From contig CAWAGG010000006.1 in assembly GCA_963781595.1 (NCBI GenBank), positions 666,107-730,106 on the forward strand: a stretch of DNA of 64,000 bases. The letters are read 5' to 3'. A program made the position numbers and the translations under genes. The notes below the pieces were generated by a model. It was given only the letters and a program-made list of their open reading frames with translations, was not told the origin of the DNA and searched no databases. The DNA is from an uncultured Actinomycetota bacterium (GTDB lineage: Bacteria > Actinomycetota > UBA4738). Below, piece by piece: positions 57,155-64,000 of the stretch; position 1 is the stretch's first letter; the number at the start of each line of letters is the position of its first letter.

Positions 57155-57525
57155 TACCTCGGCAGTCGCGGGTCGAGCTCCCGCGCGAAGAAACTTGCCG
57201 CGGCCTTGAGGATCTCGTTGGCCCGGCGGAGCTCGCGGACCTCCCGCTCGAGCTCGGCCGTGCGCCGGCGCTCCTCGGTGCTCACCCCGGAGCGGCTCCC
57301 GGCGTCGACCTCGGCCTGGCGGACCCAGGTGCGCAGCGACTCCGCGCCGATCCCGAGCTGGCGGGCCACCCGGGTCACCACGCCGAAGCGCTCCCCGCCG
57401 TTCTCCTCGATGCCCTGCTGGACCATCCTGATCGCCCGCTCACGAAGCTCCGGCGGGTACCTCTTCTGGGACTGGTTGGCTGCCATGACTCCATCTTCCT
57501 TTCCAAGCGATGGAGCCTCCACCAT
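57154..57525 (-). CDS. IS3 transposase orfA (HTH_Tnp_1)
   Basis: Contains KRYPPELRERAIRMV and a leucine-zipper-like tail ELRRANEILKAAASFFARE. The likely true start is the ATG at 57486, inside the track ORF. Confidence 0.85.
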   Translation of the reverse strand: MVEAPSLGKEDGVMAANQSQKRYPPELRERAIRMVQQGIEENGGERFGVVTRVARQLGIGAESLRTWVRQAEVDAGSRSGVSTEERRRTAELEREVRELRRANEILKAAASFFARELDPRLPR

Positions 57526-57551
57526 TCCCAGGGCGATTCAGTCGAGAAAGT

Positions 57552-58072
57552 CTAGACGGGCCTACCGACAGTCCTAGCCGAGTAACTCCAGCTCGACCCA
57601 ACCGCGGGCCACCCCTCCCGGACGGGTCTCCGTTTCGATGGGCCGCCCGCACTCCAGTGGGAGATCGCGAGCCGTGCGAGGCTGCCTTCGAGCGACGAGC
57701 GAGCAGCGGTGCGCGAGCCGCTCCTCATGCGTTTGGCCTCGACGACCGTGAGTCGCAGGACGTTGGCCTCGCACTCCAGGAAGAAGCCGTCGAACTCGGT
57801 TACCTGTGTCGGCCCTTCGTACGCGATCACTGGAGCCATCGCCACCGCGACGCAAGCGGCCGGTCGTTGCCGGAGCGTTCGCGCGAGCATGAGTATCTCC
57901 GTCGAGCGCGACGCCGGCACCTCCTTCCGTTTGGCTTCGCGCTCAGGGATCCGACGGGCGCTTCGGCGAGGCACCAGGAGTGCTCCGTCCCACGAACCCC
58001 GCGCCCCCACTCCCAGGTGACGGCGGGTCGGAAGCACAGGGGAACGCTCTGGAGCAACGAATGCCGGCTCAT
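57552..58072 (-). CDS. Fifth gene of the Ubl operon: PD-(D/E)xK-like nuclease candidate, frame broken once as sequenced, 3-prime end 12 nt from the IS
   Basis: The ATG at 58072 overlaps the E1 stop (ATGA). The first ~50 codons (MSRHSLLQSVPLCF...) are in one frame. The next frame reads ...VIAYEGPTQVTEFDGFFLECEANVLRLTVVEAKRMRSG (D...E-A-K). Length mod 3 = 2. Confidence 0.35.
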
Positions 58073-59456
58073 CGCCGCGCCGCGACCGATGTCCGGATGT
58101 AACCCGGGTTGACCGGTGCCCGCGGTAAGGGGTTCGGGGACGTGTGGATGAATTGCGGGGTCCTGAGGTCGACCTCGGTCCATTGGAGGGCGAGGCCACC
58201 GGCGAATTCGCGAAGTACCGCTGCGAGCGACAGCGATCCAGCGATTGCGCCCACGAAGGACGCGCCTATCGATAGCCCGGCGATCTGGCGCACGCCGCAG
58301 CTGGCATCGCCTGGATCGGAGCCTTGGTCGATGAGACGTCGGGTCTCCAGCGCGTACGCATCCACGTCGGGTGCGCGCCGTGGAGCGGTGGGCAGGAAGA
58401 CCTTGGCGGGATCCAGCCCTGAGGGGAACTCGTACAGCATGATGTCGAGGTAGTCGTCCTCACGACCCCCGATCCCCGCGTCGATGACCCAGGGGAAGCG
58501 GTCGCCCAGGAGTTGTCGCGGCACATGATGGTCGAACCCGGCCAACGCGATCGCTGGTTCTTCTGGCCGTCGGCGGAATGAGTCGTCGAAGGGACGCTCG
58601 ATGATTGCGGTACGGAACCCGAGCGCTTCGAGCCGCCGGCTCACGACCCGCGTCTTCCGCTCATCGACATCTCCGTGCAGGGCGAGAAGCGAGGTCGCGA
58701 GGTTGCCCTCGACGACCGAATCGAAGTCCTGCAGTACCACCTCCACATCGCCGTGCCGCTCGCCGTAAGGCAGACAACCGAGAGCCCACGCGTTCCCTTG
58801 TCCGAGATGGCCGAGGCCGATCAGCCACAGTTGCTGGGGGAGCAAGGTCAGCTCTGGGCCGTCGGATGCGTCCTCGAGCCACTCGAGGTCTGGGCGCCAT
58901 AGCGAGATGCCCGCAGACCGACGACCGGCGACCGGTGTCCGGGTGACGTTCTGGAAGCACTCGGATACGGCGATCGCGCCGGCAACGCCACCCGCCAGAG
59001 GGAGCGCGTTCGCTTCCCCGAGACGCTCGGCCCCGTTCGCGACCACGCCGCCTCGCCATCCTTGCCATGTCGTGCGCACGATGATGGAGCCCGGGGTAGG
59101 CTGGACCGGACGGCCAATCACGATGGTCGGGTGATCCTCATCGAGCTCGTCGCACGGGGTTCCCCCGAAGGCTTGGACGGCCGCAGAAGCCATCGCGCCT
59201 GCGCCCCAACCGTGCGTCAACGCTTCGTCGGATTCGAGCCGGACCTTCAGGCGCCGAGGAAAGCCCGGCGGCCCGCGTTGATCGCGGTGAGGAGCGCGTG
59301 CGTCGCCGCGCTGTCGTTGGCCAGGCCTGGCCCGACGTCGATCTGGAGGATCCATCCCTTTAGCCGTTCTTCCGCTTCCTGAAGGGTCTTGGCCTTGCCC
59401 GTGTCGACGAGCAGCTTCGCCGAGCGATGGAACCCATCGGCAGACGGTTGCCTCAC
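58069..59456 (-). CDS. E1-like ThiF-family adenylating enzyme with an N-terminal extension, frame broken once as sequenced
   Basis: The GTG at 59456 overlaps the JAB stop (GTGA). Rossmann motif LWLIGLGHLGQGNAW, then VVLQDFDSVVEGNLATS. The N-terminal 69 codons (..INAGRRAFLGA) are in a different frame from KVRLESDEAL... (switch at 59247-59256). Length mod 3 = 2. Confidence 0.7.
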
Positions 59457-59956
59457 GGGCGCTTCCCCACGTAGAGCCGTCGTCGGGCGGCGCGGCCGGT
59501 CCAATGGCGCCAGGCCGTCCCTTCATAGAGATGCACGCCGACATCCCGAGGACGAACGGGTTCCCGAGCGAACCGAGGAACGATCAGCGCGACGTGGCCG
59601 CGTGCGGCGACCATCGGATTCGTTCTGTCGATGTCGCTCTGGTCGACCCAGGTCGCAGGGTGGGTGTGAACGTCGCCAACGACACGGAGTTGCTCCTCGT
59701 GGCAGAGGTCCCACAATGCACCGTATGCCCGGCCGCGAAAATGGATGCCACCCTGAAGGCACGCCGGGTCGAGATCGTCGAGATACACGACCCGAACGAT
59801 CCTCCGGGGATGGTCGGTGCGAGAAGCCAGGAGGAACGCACCAGCCTCCCGCTCGCCGTTGCCGCGTCGACCCAACTCGCTGATGAGCCCCCGCCATGCC
59901 CTGCGGTCGAAGCGAATGAGCGCGGAACTCCTAGACACCTGCGTAGCCCGGGCCAT
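59453..59956 (-). CDS. JAB/MPN (JAMM) metalloisopeptidase
   Basis: Upstream Glu in EREAGAFLL, and the full JAMM motif HTHPATWVDQSDID (H-x-H-x7-S-x2-D). Start at ATG 59956 or GTG 59938; both overlap the end of the E2-like gene. Confidence 0.8.
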   Translation of the reverse strand: MARATQVSRSSALIRFDRRAWRGLISELGRRGNGEREAGAFLLASRTDHPRRIVRVVYLDDLDPACLQGGIHFRGRAYGALWDLCHEEQLRVVGDVHTHPATWVDQSDIDRTNPMVAARGHVALIVPRFAREPVRPRDVGVHLYEGTAWRHWTGRAARRRLYVGKRP

Positions 59957-60413
59957 TGAGGGCGTCGCTAACCTGCCGAACGTAGAAGACGATCGTACGA
60001 TCCGGTGTCCATGCCGCGCGGGGATGCTTCTGGGTCCACTCCGGATGCGAGCCGAGCGCACGCCGATCGAAGGCGGCGTACAGGGCGACCCCCCCCTCCC
60101 AGTCCGTCCGGAAGATCACGCCTGCCACCTCGCCCTTCGGGTAGAGGCCCGGATCGAGCTGAGCGTTCCTCTCCAGATCCCACGGCATGGCCGTCGGGGC
60201 GTCCTGCGGGTAGTTGACGAGCTCGAACCGGAGCGCGACCTCCGCCGGCGCGTCTGGCCGGGGCTCGGCCCTGACCGCGATGATCGCGTGGGGCCACGTC
60301 AGATCGACCAGCCGCCACCTACCGGCCCTCTCGGCTGCCACGAAGCCGCCTCCGCCCAGGTGCAGTCGGAACATCCGCTCGTCGGGGTCCACCCCTGGCT
60401 GTTCCGACGTCAT
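59931..60413 (-). CDS. E2/UBC-fold-like protein with no cysteine in the frame as read
   Basis: The ATG at 60413 overlaps the Ubl stop (ATGA). EVALRFELVNYPQDAPTAMPW matches the UBC/RWD YP..P...W strand-loop pattern. 160 aa with zero Cys. Confidence 0.55.
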   Translation of the reverse strand: MTSEQPGVDPDERMFRLHLGGGGFVAAERAGRWRLVDLTWPHAIIAVRAEPRPDAPAEVALRFELVNYPQDAPTAMPWDLERNAQLDPGLYPKGEVAGVIFRTDWEGGVALYAAFDRRALGSHPEWTQKHPRAAWTPDRTIVFYVRQVSDALNGPGYAGV

Positions 60414-60898
60414 CCCTCGAATCGATCCCTGGGGGCGAGGTCGAGGCAGAGGGCGCAGTCGCTCGGCCGAGGAAGCGAGCCGATGTGGATCGACCGGTCG
60501 AGGAAGTGGTCGGCGCCGCAAACGGCGAGCACCAGGTTCGCCACCTGGTCCTCGGGGATGTCGAAGCCGTGCTTGCCGACGGCCCACTTGAGCACCCGCT
60601 CCACCTTGGCTGATGGGGGGAAGAGGTGCTCCTTCTCGCCGTTGTGCCGGACGGTCACCTTCAGTCGCCGGCACCGCCCGCGGTGGAGATGCGCGTGCTC
60701 ACCGATCCCGACTTCGGCCAGCACTGTGTCCGCGTCCAGGGGCTCGTCGCCGTCCTCGACCCAGATCATGTCGCCTTCGGCCTTGCCGCCGGAGGCGAGG
60801 ATCAACGCCTCGGCGGTCGTGGTGTTGGTGAACTCCACCAGGCGGGGCTCCTCCTCGCCTTCGATGTGCAGGAACAGCTCCATGAGCGACCTCCTCAT
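60410..60898 (-). CDS. Tandem beta-grasp (ISG15-like / multiubiquitin-type) Ubl protein ending in ...RFEG
   Basis: Two ~75-85 aa halves (MELFLHIEGEEEPRLVEF...HLHRG and RLKVTVRHNGEKEHLFPP...LCLDLAPRDRFEG). The best start is the ATG at 60883, preceded by GAGGAGG. The C-terminal residue is Gly. Confidence 0.6.
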   Translation of the reverse strand: MRRSLMELFLHIEGEEEPRLVEFTNTTTAEALILASGGKAEGDMIWVEDGDEPLDADTVLAEVGIGEHAHLHRGRCRRLKVTVRHNGEKEHLFPPSAKVERVLKWAVGKHGFDIPEDQVANLVLAVCGADHFLDRSIHIGSLPRPSDCALCLDLAPRDRFEG

Positions 60899-60994
60899 CC
60901 CCCACTCCGAGAAGCGGAGCGGTAGAGTCCTATACGTGTTCGGTTCATCGTATCAGAATGCTGTACCTGGCGGGTAAAGTTTTCTCCGTGCGAC

Positions 60995-61342
60995 ATGGAG
61001 CTCACCTTCGATCGCGTCGAGCTCGCCGAGGTCTGCAACTCTGCGCCGCTCATGAGAGCGCGTTGGGGTGATGAGGGGTTCGAGGCCGTGGCCCGCCGGC
61101 TGGGAGAGTTGGCCGGAATCGAGTCGCTCGCGGACATCACCTACCTACCCGGCGCGCGCATGAGGGGAGACGGTTCGGGCATGATGCTCCTCGGCTTCGG
61201 AGCGAGCGTCGTCATACAGGGGATTACGACCGACGATGCGGGTGCTCCTGTGTCCGTGGATGGGGATCGACCCGTGACCTGCTTCAGGGTGCATGAGGTC
61301 GAATACTTGGGGAAGGAGAACGTCGATGGTGCCCTCGGCTGA
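60995..61342 (+). CDS. HigB-like (RelE superfamily killer protein) candidate
   Basis: MELTFDRVELAEVCNSAPLMRARWGDEGFEAVARRLGELAGIESLADITYLPGARM follows the HigB N-terminal pattern. It overlaps the downstream HigA-type gene by 17 nt. Confidence 0.4.
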   Translation: MELTFDRVELAEVCNSAPLMRARWGDEGFEAVARRLGELAGIESLADITYLPGARMRGDGSGMMLLGFGASVVIQGITTDDAGAPVSVDGDRPVTCFRVHEVEYLGKENVDGALG

Positions 61343-62408
61343 CCTCGCCTATCGGCCGGACCACGTCATCGCTCCGGGGGCGACCCTGCGCGACCGGCTC
61401 GCGGAGATTGATGTGTCGCAGGCAGAGCTCGCTCTGCGAGCGGGCCTGTCACCGAAGCATGTGAACCAGATCGTCCAGGGCCAGGCATCGATCACGCCGG
61501 AGACGGCCCTCATCCTCGAGCGGGTGACGGGGACGCCGGCGAGGATCTGGAGCGCGCTCGAATCACGCTACCGCCAAGCCAAGATGAGGGAGCAGGCCAG
61601 AACGCTGTCGCCCGAGGACGTCGCGTGGGTGGATTCCCTCCCTACCGCGAGCCTTCAGAAGATGGGCTATCTCCCCTCAGCGATCCCTCGCGGCGAGCTG
61701 TTCGAGGCGCTCCTCTCGTTCTTCGGCGTCGCCGACCGCGCGGCGTGGGAGCGCCTCTGGCTGCAGCCGGTGGCGAGTTTCAAACGCGCGACGGCGTTCA
61801 AGAGCGATGGACCGATCGTCGCGACCTGGCTCCGCTTGGGGGAGCTCGATGCACGAGACATCAAGACGGCGAGCTTCAACGCCTCCGACTTTCGAGCAGC
61901 ACTCTCGCACATCCGCGGGCTCACTCGAGCGGCCGACTTCTCAGCCGAGTTGGTCGCGGCGTGCGCGAAGGCAGGGGTGGCCCTCGTGTTCGTGCGGGAG
62001 ATCGGCGGCGAGCGAGCGAGCGGGGCGAGTCGATGGCTCAGTGCGTCCCGTGCCCTCATACAGCTCAGCGACCGCTACAAGCGGGAAGATCATTTCTGGT
62101 TCGCCTTCTTCCACGAGGCTGCCCACGTCCTATTGCATTCGAAGAAGCAGACGTTCATCCATGACGGCAGCGAGGATCCGAGACTCGAGGGGGAAGCGAA
62201 CAGATTCGCGAGTGACGTGCTGATCCCGCGTTCGCAGGCTCATCGCCTTCCGCACCTCACAACTACCTCGGACGTTCTTCTCTTCGCAGATGAGATCGGT
62301 ATAGCGCCGGGCATCGTCGTCGGGCGACTTCAGCATGATCACTTCTGGTCCTGGAAGCGAGGCAACGATCTCAGGGCCCCTGTCCGGATCGTGTCCTCAG
62401 ATCGGTAG
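61326..62408 (+). CDS. HigA-type XRE HTH fused to an ImmA/IrrE (M78) metallopeptidase domain
   Basis: HTH: VIAPGATLRDRLAEIDVSQAELALRAGLSPKHVNQIVQGQASITPETALILERVTG..IWSALESRY. Peptidase: FAFFHEAAHVLLH plus EANRFASDVLIP. Confidence 0.75.
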   Translation: MVPSADLAYRPDHVIAPGATLRDRLAEIDVSQAELALRAGLSPKHVNQIVQGQASITPETALILERVTGTPARIWSALESRYRQAKMREQARTLSPEDVAWVDSLPTASLQKMGYLPSAIPRGELFEALLSFFGVADRAAWERLWLQPVASFKRATAFKSDGPIVATWLRLGELDARDIKTASFNASDFRAALSHIRGLTRAADFSAELVAACAKAGVALVFVREIGGERASGASRWLSASRALIQLSDRYKREDHFWFAFFHEAAHVLLHSKKQTFIHDGSEDPRLEGEANRFASDVLIPRSQAHRLPHLTTTSDVLLFADEIGIAPGIVVGRLQHDHFWSWKRGNDLRAPVRIVSSDR

Positions 62409-62728
62409 ATTAGATGGCATCGTGGCCAGATTCACCCAGCGGGGTCTCTGCACGTTGGTGTTCCTCCGGGCCTTCATCGCGCAGGACGATTGACGACCTG
62501 GCTGGCGACGACCATCGGTTCATCGCCCAAGCGTTCTGCAACACGCCGAACGTACTGATCATGGTCTGCGAGTCGACGGCAACAGGCCGCATCGCACCGG
62601 GGTGTTCGCGTTTCGTGCCGGCTATACACAACGCCACTTGACTGGCGCGTACCCACGGGTGCGCGCAGAAGCATGCCTCCATCCGTCCCCCCGAGGAGGC
62701 TTGAGTTCCGGAGAACTCGGCAGGCCCG

Positions 62729-63286
62729 TCATCTACCTACGCAGTATTCCTCGCTGGCGCTATCACGCCGCCCACACGCTGCCACGTCGACAACACGATA
62801 ACCCCCGCCCTGATCGCCGTTAACCGAGAAGAGGATGGACCGATCTGCATCCGTCGTCGAGCAGGTGAGGCTGGTCCGGTTCACCCAACTGCAGTAGTCG
62901 GGAGGCGGATAGCGTGGCTCCCAGCGGATCGCGAAGAGCGTTGCGGCGGCGGTCTTCGTGGCAACGATGCCGGCATCGGACCTGTTGAAGGTGCGCCAGT
63001 CATCGTAGAGCCGTTGCGCGGTCACGAGAGCGGCCGCTGGATACGCGTTCGTCGTCGCGGGTACCGACGTTCCACCCGGGCTCGCTGGAGAGGTCGGAGC
63101 CTTCGCGCACGAGACGGCGAGCGAGAGCGCGATCAGCGCCATCGCGCAGCCGGCAGCGCGCGCGCCGAGAAGACGGGTCCCGCTCACGGTGGATGAATCG
63201 GCTCGGTGCTCTCTAACCTTGAGGTGCTTAGGTTGCCAATTGCCCGGTCCCCACGTGTGGGGCCTACGCGATGCGTATCCTTTCAT
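62729..63286 (-). CDS. Lipoprotein-like small protein immediately downstream of the Rhs toxin tip (possible immunity protein)
   Basis: ATGA overlap with the Rhs stop at 63283-63286. Internal lipobox ALSLAVSCAK. Four further Cys. The true start may be internal. Confidence 0.45.
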   Translation of the reverse strand: MKGYASRRPHTWGPGNWQPKHLKVREHRADSSTVSGTRLLGARAAGCAMALIALSLAVSCAKAPTSPASPGGTSVPATTNAYPAAALVTAQRLYDDWRTFNRSDAGIVATKTAAATLFAIRWEPRYPPPDYCSWVNRTSLTCSTTDADRSILFSVNGDQGGGYRVVDVAACGRRDSASEEYCVGR

Positions 63287-64000
63287 CGCCGGCCTCGGTC
63301 AGGCCTGAGAGCAAAGAAACAGACCTGCTGGGACCATTCGTCCCTTGCCAGGCCCGTATAGACATCCAAGATCTCGGCAGGATCCCCGGTAACGCCGACG
63401 TATCGAGCGACGAACGCCCATGCGACGGTCTCGGTCGGATTGTGCTTGGGGAATATCCGCAGGCAATCGAGTGCGATGCCCGGAATGATGAGTCGTACGG
63501 CTGTGCCGTGGCAAGGGCCACCAGCACGATAGAAGTCCATGGTGTCATACGCCGCCGAGTACAGCTGCCCGAGCGCATCACAGGCCGCACTGAGGTTCGG
63601 ACAGAGTCCAGATGGGTCCGGTTGAGTAAGTGGTTGATTGTCGCCGTACGGATACGGTGATGTCAGTGGAGACGCGTGGGCTGAACCGAGTGGATCTGCC
63701 TGGTTGAATCGTCCGAGCGAAGGGTCGTAAACACGAGCCCGCAGGTCGTACAGGCTCGAAGCCGAGTCGAGGAGCTGTCCATTGAATCGCATCACGTTCG
63801 TCGGGGGGCTCCCGCCCGAGGAGGTCGCCGAGGTCGCGACCCCGAACGCGTCATAGGCGTACGTCCACCGGGTCGCGCCGCCTGAGGTCGTGATGTTCGC
63901 GACGTTGCCGTACGCGTCCAGGTGGTCGTAGTACGTCGATCCGGCACCTGTCGTCATCGAGTCCAGGCCCTGGCCGTGCGCGTAGTCCCGGAGCGTCGAT
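63283..64000 (-). CDS. Rhs/YD-repeat protein, C-terminal end with a variable toxin tip (5-prime part outside the window)
   Basis: YD repeats (YDHLDAYGNV, YAYDAFG). Core end RFNGQLLDSASSLYDLRARVYDPSLGRFNQADP and the DPSGL boundary, then a ~105-aa unrelated tail. Confidence 0.8.
   Translation of the reverse strand, partial: STLRDYAHGQGLDSMTTGAGSTYYDHLDAYGNVANITTSGGATRWTYAYDAFGVATSATSSGGSPPTNVMRFNGQLLDSASSLYDLRARVYDPSLGRFNQADPLGSAHASPLTSPYPYGDNQPLTQPDPSGLCPNLSAACDALGQLYSAAYDTMDFYRAGGPCHGTAVRLIIPGIALDCLRIFPKHNPTETVAWAFVARYVGVTGDPAEILDVYTGLARDEWSQQVCFFALRPDRGRR

Larger units (their letters stand above)
56230..57540 (-). mobile_element. IS3-family insertion sequence (1311 bp) with imperfect terminal inverted repeats
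   Basis: IRL TGAATCACCCTGGGTTTGATGGAGGCTC (56230-) versus the reverse complement of the right end TGAATCGCCCTGGGAATGGTGGAGGCTC (ending at 57540). Encloses orfA and orfB in the -1 arrangement. Confidence 0.85.

Noticed and set aside
57154-57200. Search for a canonical IS3 slippery heptamer (A AAA AAG type) in the orfA/orfB overlap
   Set aside because: None was seen by eye near ..GCAAGTTTCTTCGCGCGG... The -1 frame is open, so frameshifting is still likely, but I cannot name the site.
60899-60994. Possible SOS/LexA-type box in the AT-richer divergent region between the Ubl operon and the HigB-like gene
   Set aside because: Only weak partial symmetry (ACG..CGT around gtgttcggttca) was found, with no match to the TCGAAC-N4-GTTCGA type consensus.
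62410-62728. Small overlapping ORFs on both strands (62414-62641 +, 62410-62682 -, 62474-62674 -) between the HTH-ImmA gene and the Rhs-associated gene
   Set aside because: There are no motifs, and the frames conflict with one another. The region may hold an orphan immunity gene or a degraded cassette, but I cannot support any frame.

Overview
High-GC, actinobacterial-type chromosomal window. This is inferred from mycothiol-type MDMPI/DinB proteins, a PPOX/F420-class protein, a SARP regulator and a DUF929+VKOR pair. All family names come from reading motifs by eye; no searches were run. Many long ORFs in the track are antisense or out-of-frame artefacts of the GC content. I kept only frames with recognisable protein features, a plausible start or RBS, or tight operon coupling. 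Positions 1-53.2 kb hold mixed housekeeping and accessory genes. These include an ABC-2 permease end, PPOX, two GNATs, and an 883-aa coiled-coil protein capped by zinc ribbons. Next come a USP-UbiB kinase fusion, a 795-aa orphan, an LplA-like ligase, and an XRE-TPR regulator divergent from a 34-codon peptide gene plus a SARP. A Bcp/PrxQ peroxiredoxin follows whose catalytic Cys codon is an in-frame TGA with a SECIS-like hairpin after it. After that lie a PLP decarboxylase, a class-III aminotransferase, Fpg/Nei, an epoxide-hydrolase-like protein, rhodanese plus beta-carbonic anhydrase, AIM24, and an OmpR/HK pair with small secreted proteins. Further on are MFS, O-methyltransferase and pdaD; a five-gene 4-nt-coupled envelope operon; a copper/disulfide cluster (CopCD, DUF929, VKOR); an acyltransferase; a secreted HExxH protease; ALDH; and a DrrAB-like ABC operon. 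A visibly lower-GC cassette at 47.0-49.2 kb encodes a cytoplasmic papain-like C1 protease, a stand-alone copy of its C-terminal domain, a Pro/Gly/Ala repeat protein and a chagasin-type inhibitor. At 53291 a tRNA-Arg(CCU)-like 3-prime half marks the edge of a mobile or defence island. The island carries a terminase-small-like HTH protein, a ParB-DNA methyltransferase abutted by an IS3-family element, and the most striking item in the window. That item is a tightly overlapped tandem-Ubl / Cys-less E2-fold / JAB / E1-like operon with a trailing PD-(D/E)xK-like gene. A HigB-like + HigA-ImmA pair and an Rhs C-terminal toxin cassette follow. Seven genes show single-nucleotide frame breaks, several of them in G/C-rich runs, so consensus errors must be excluded before any is called a pseudogene.
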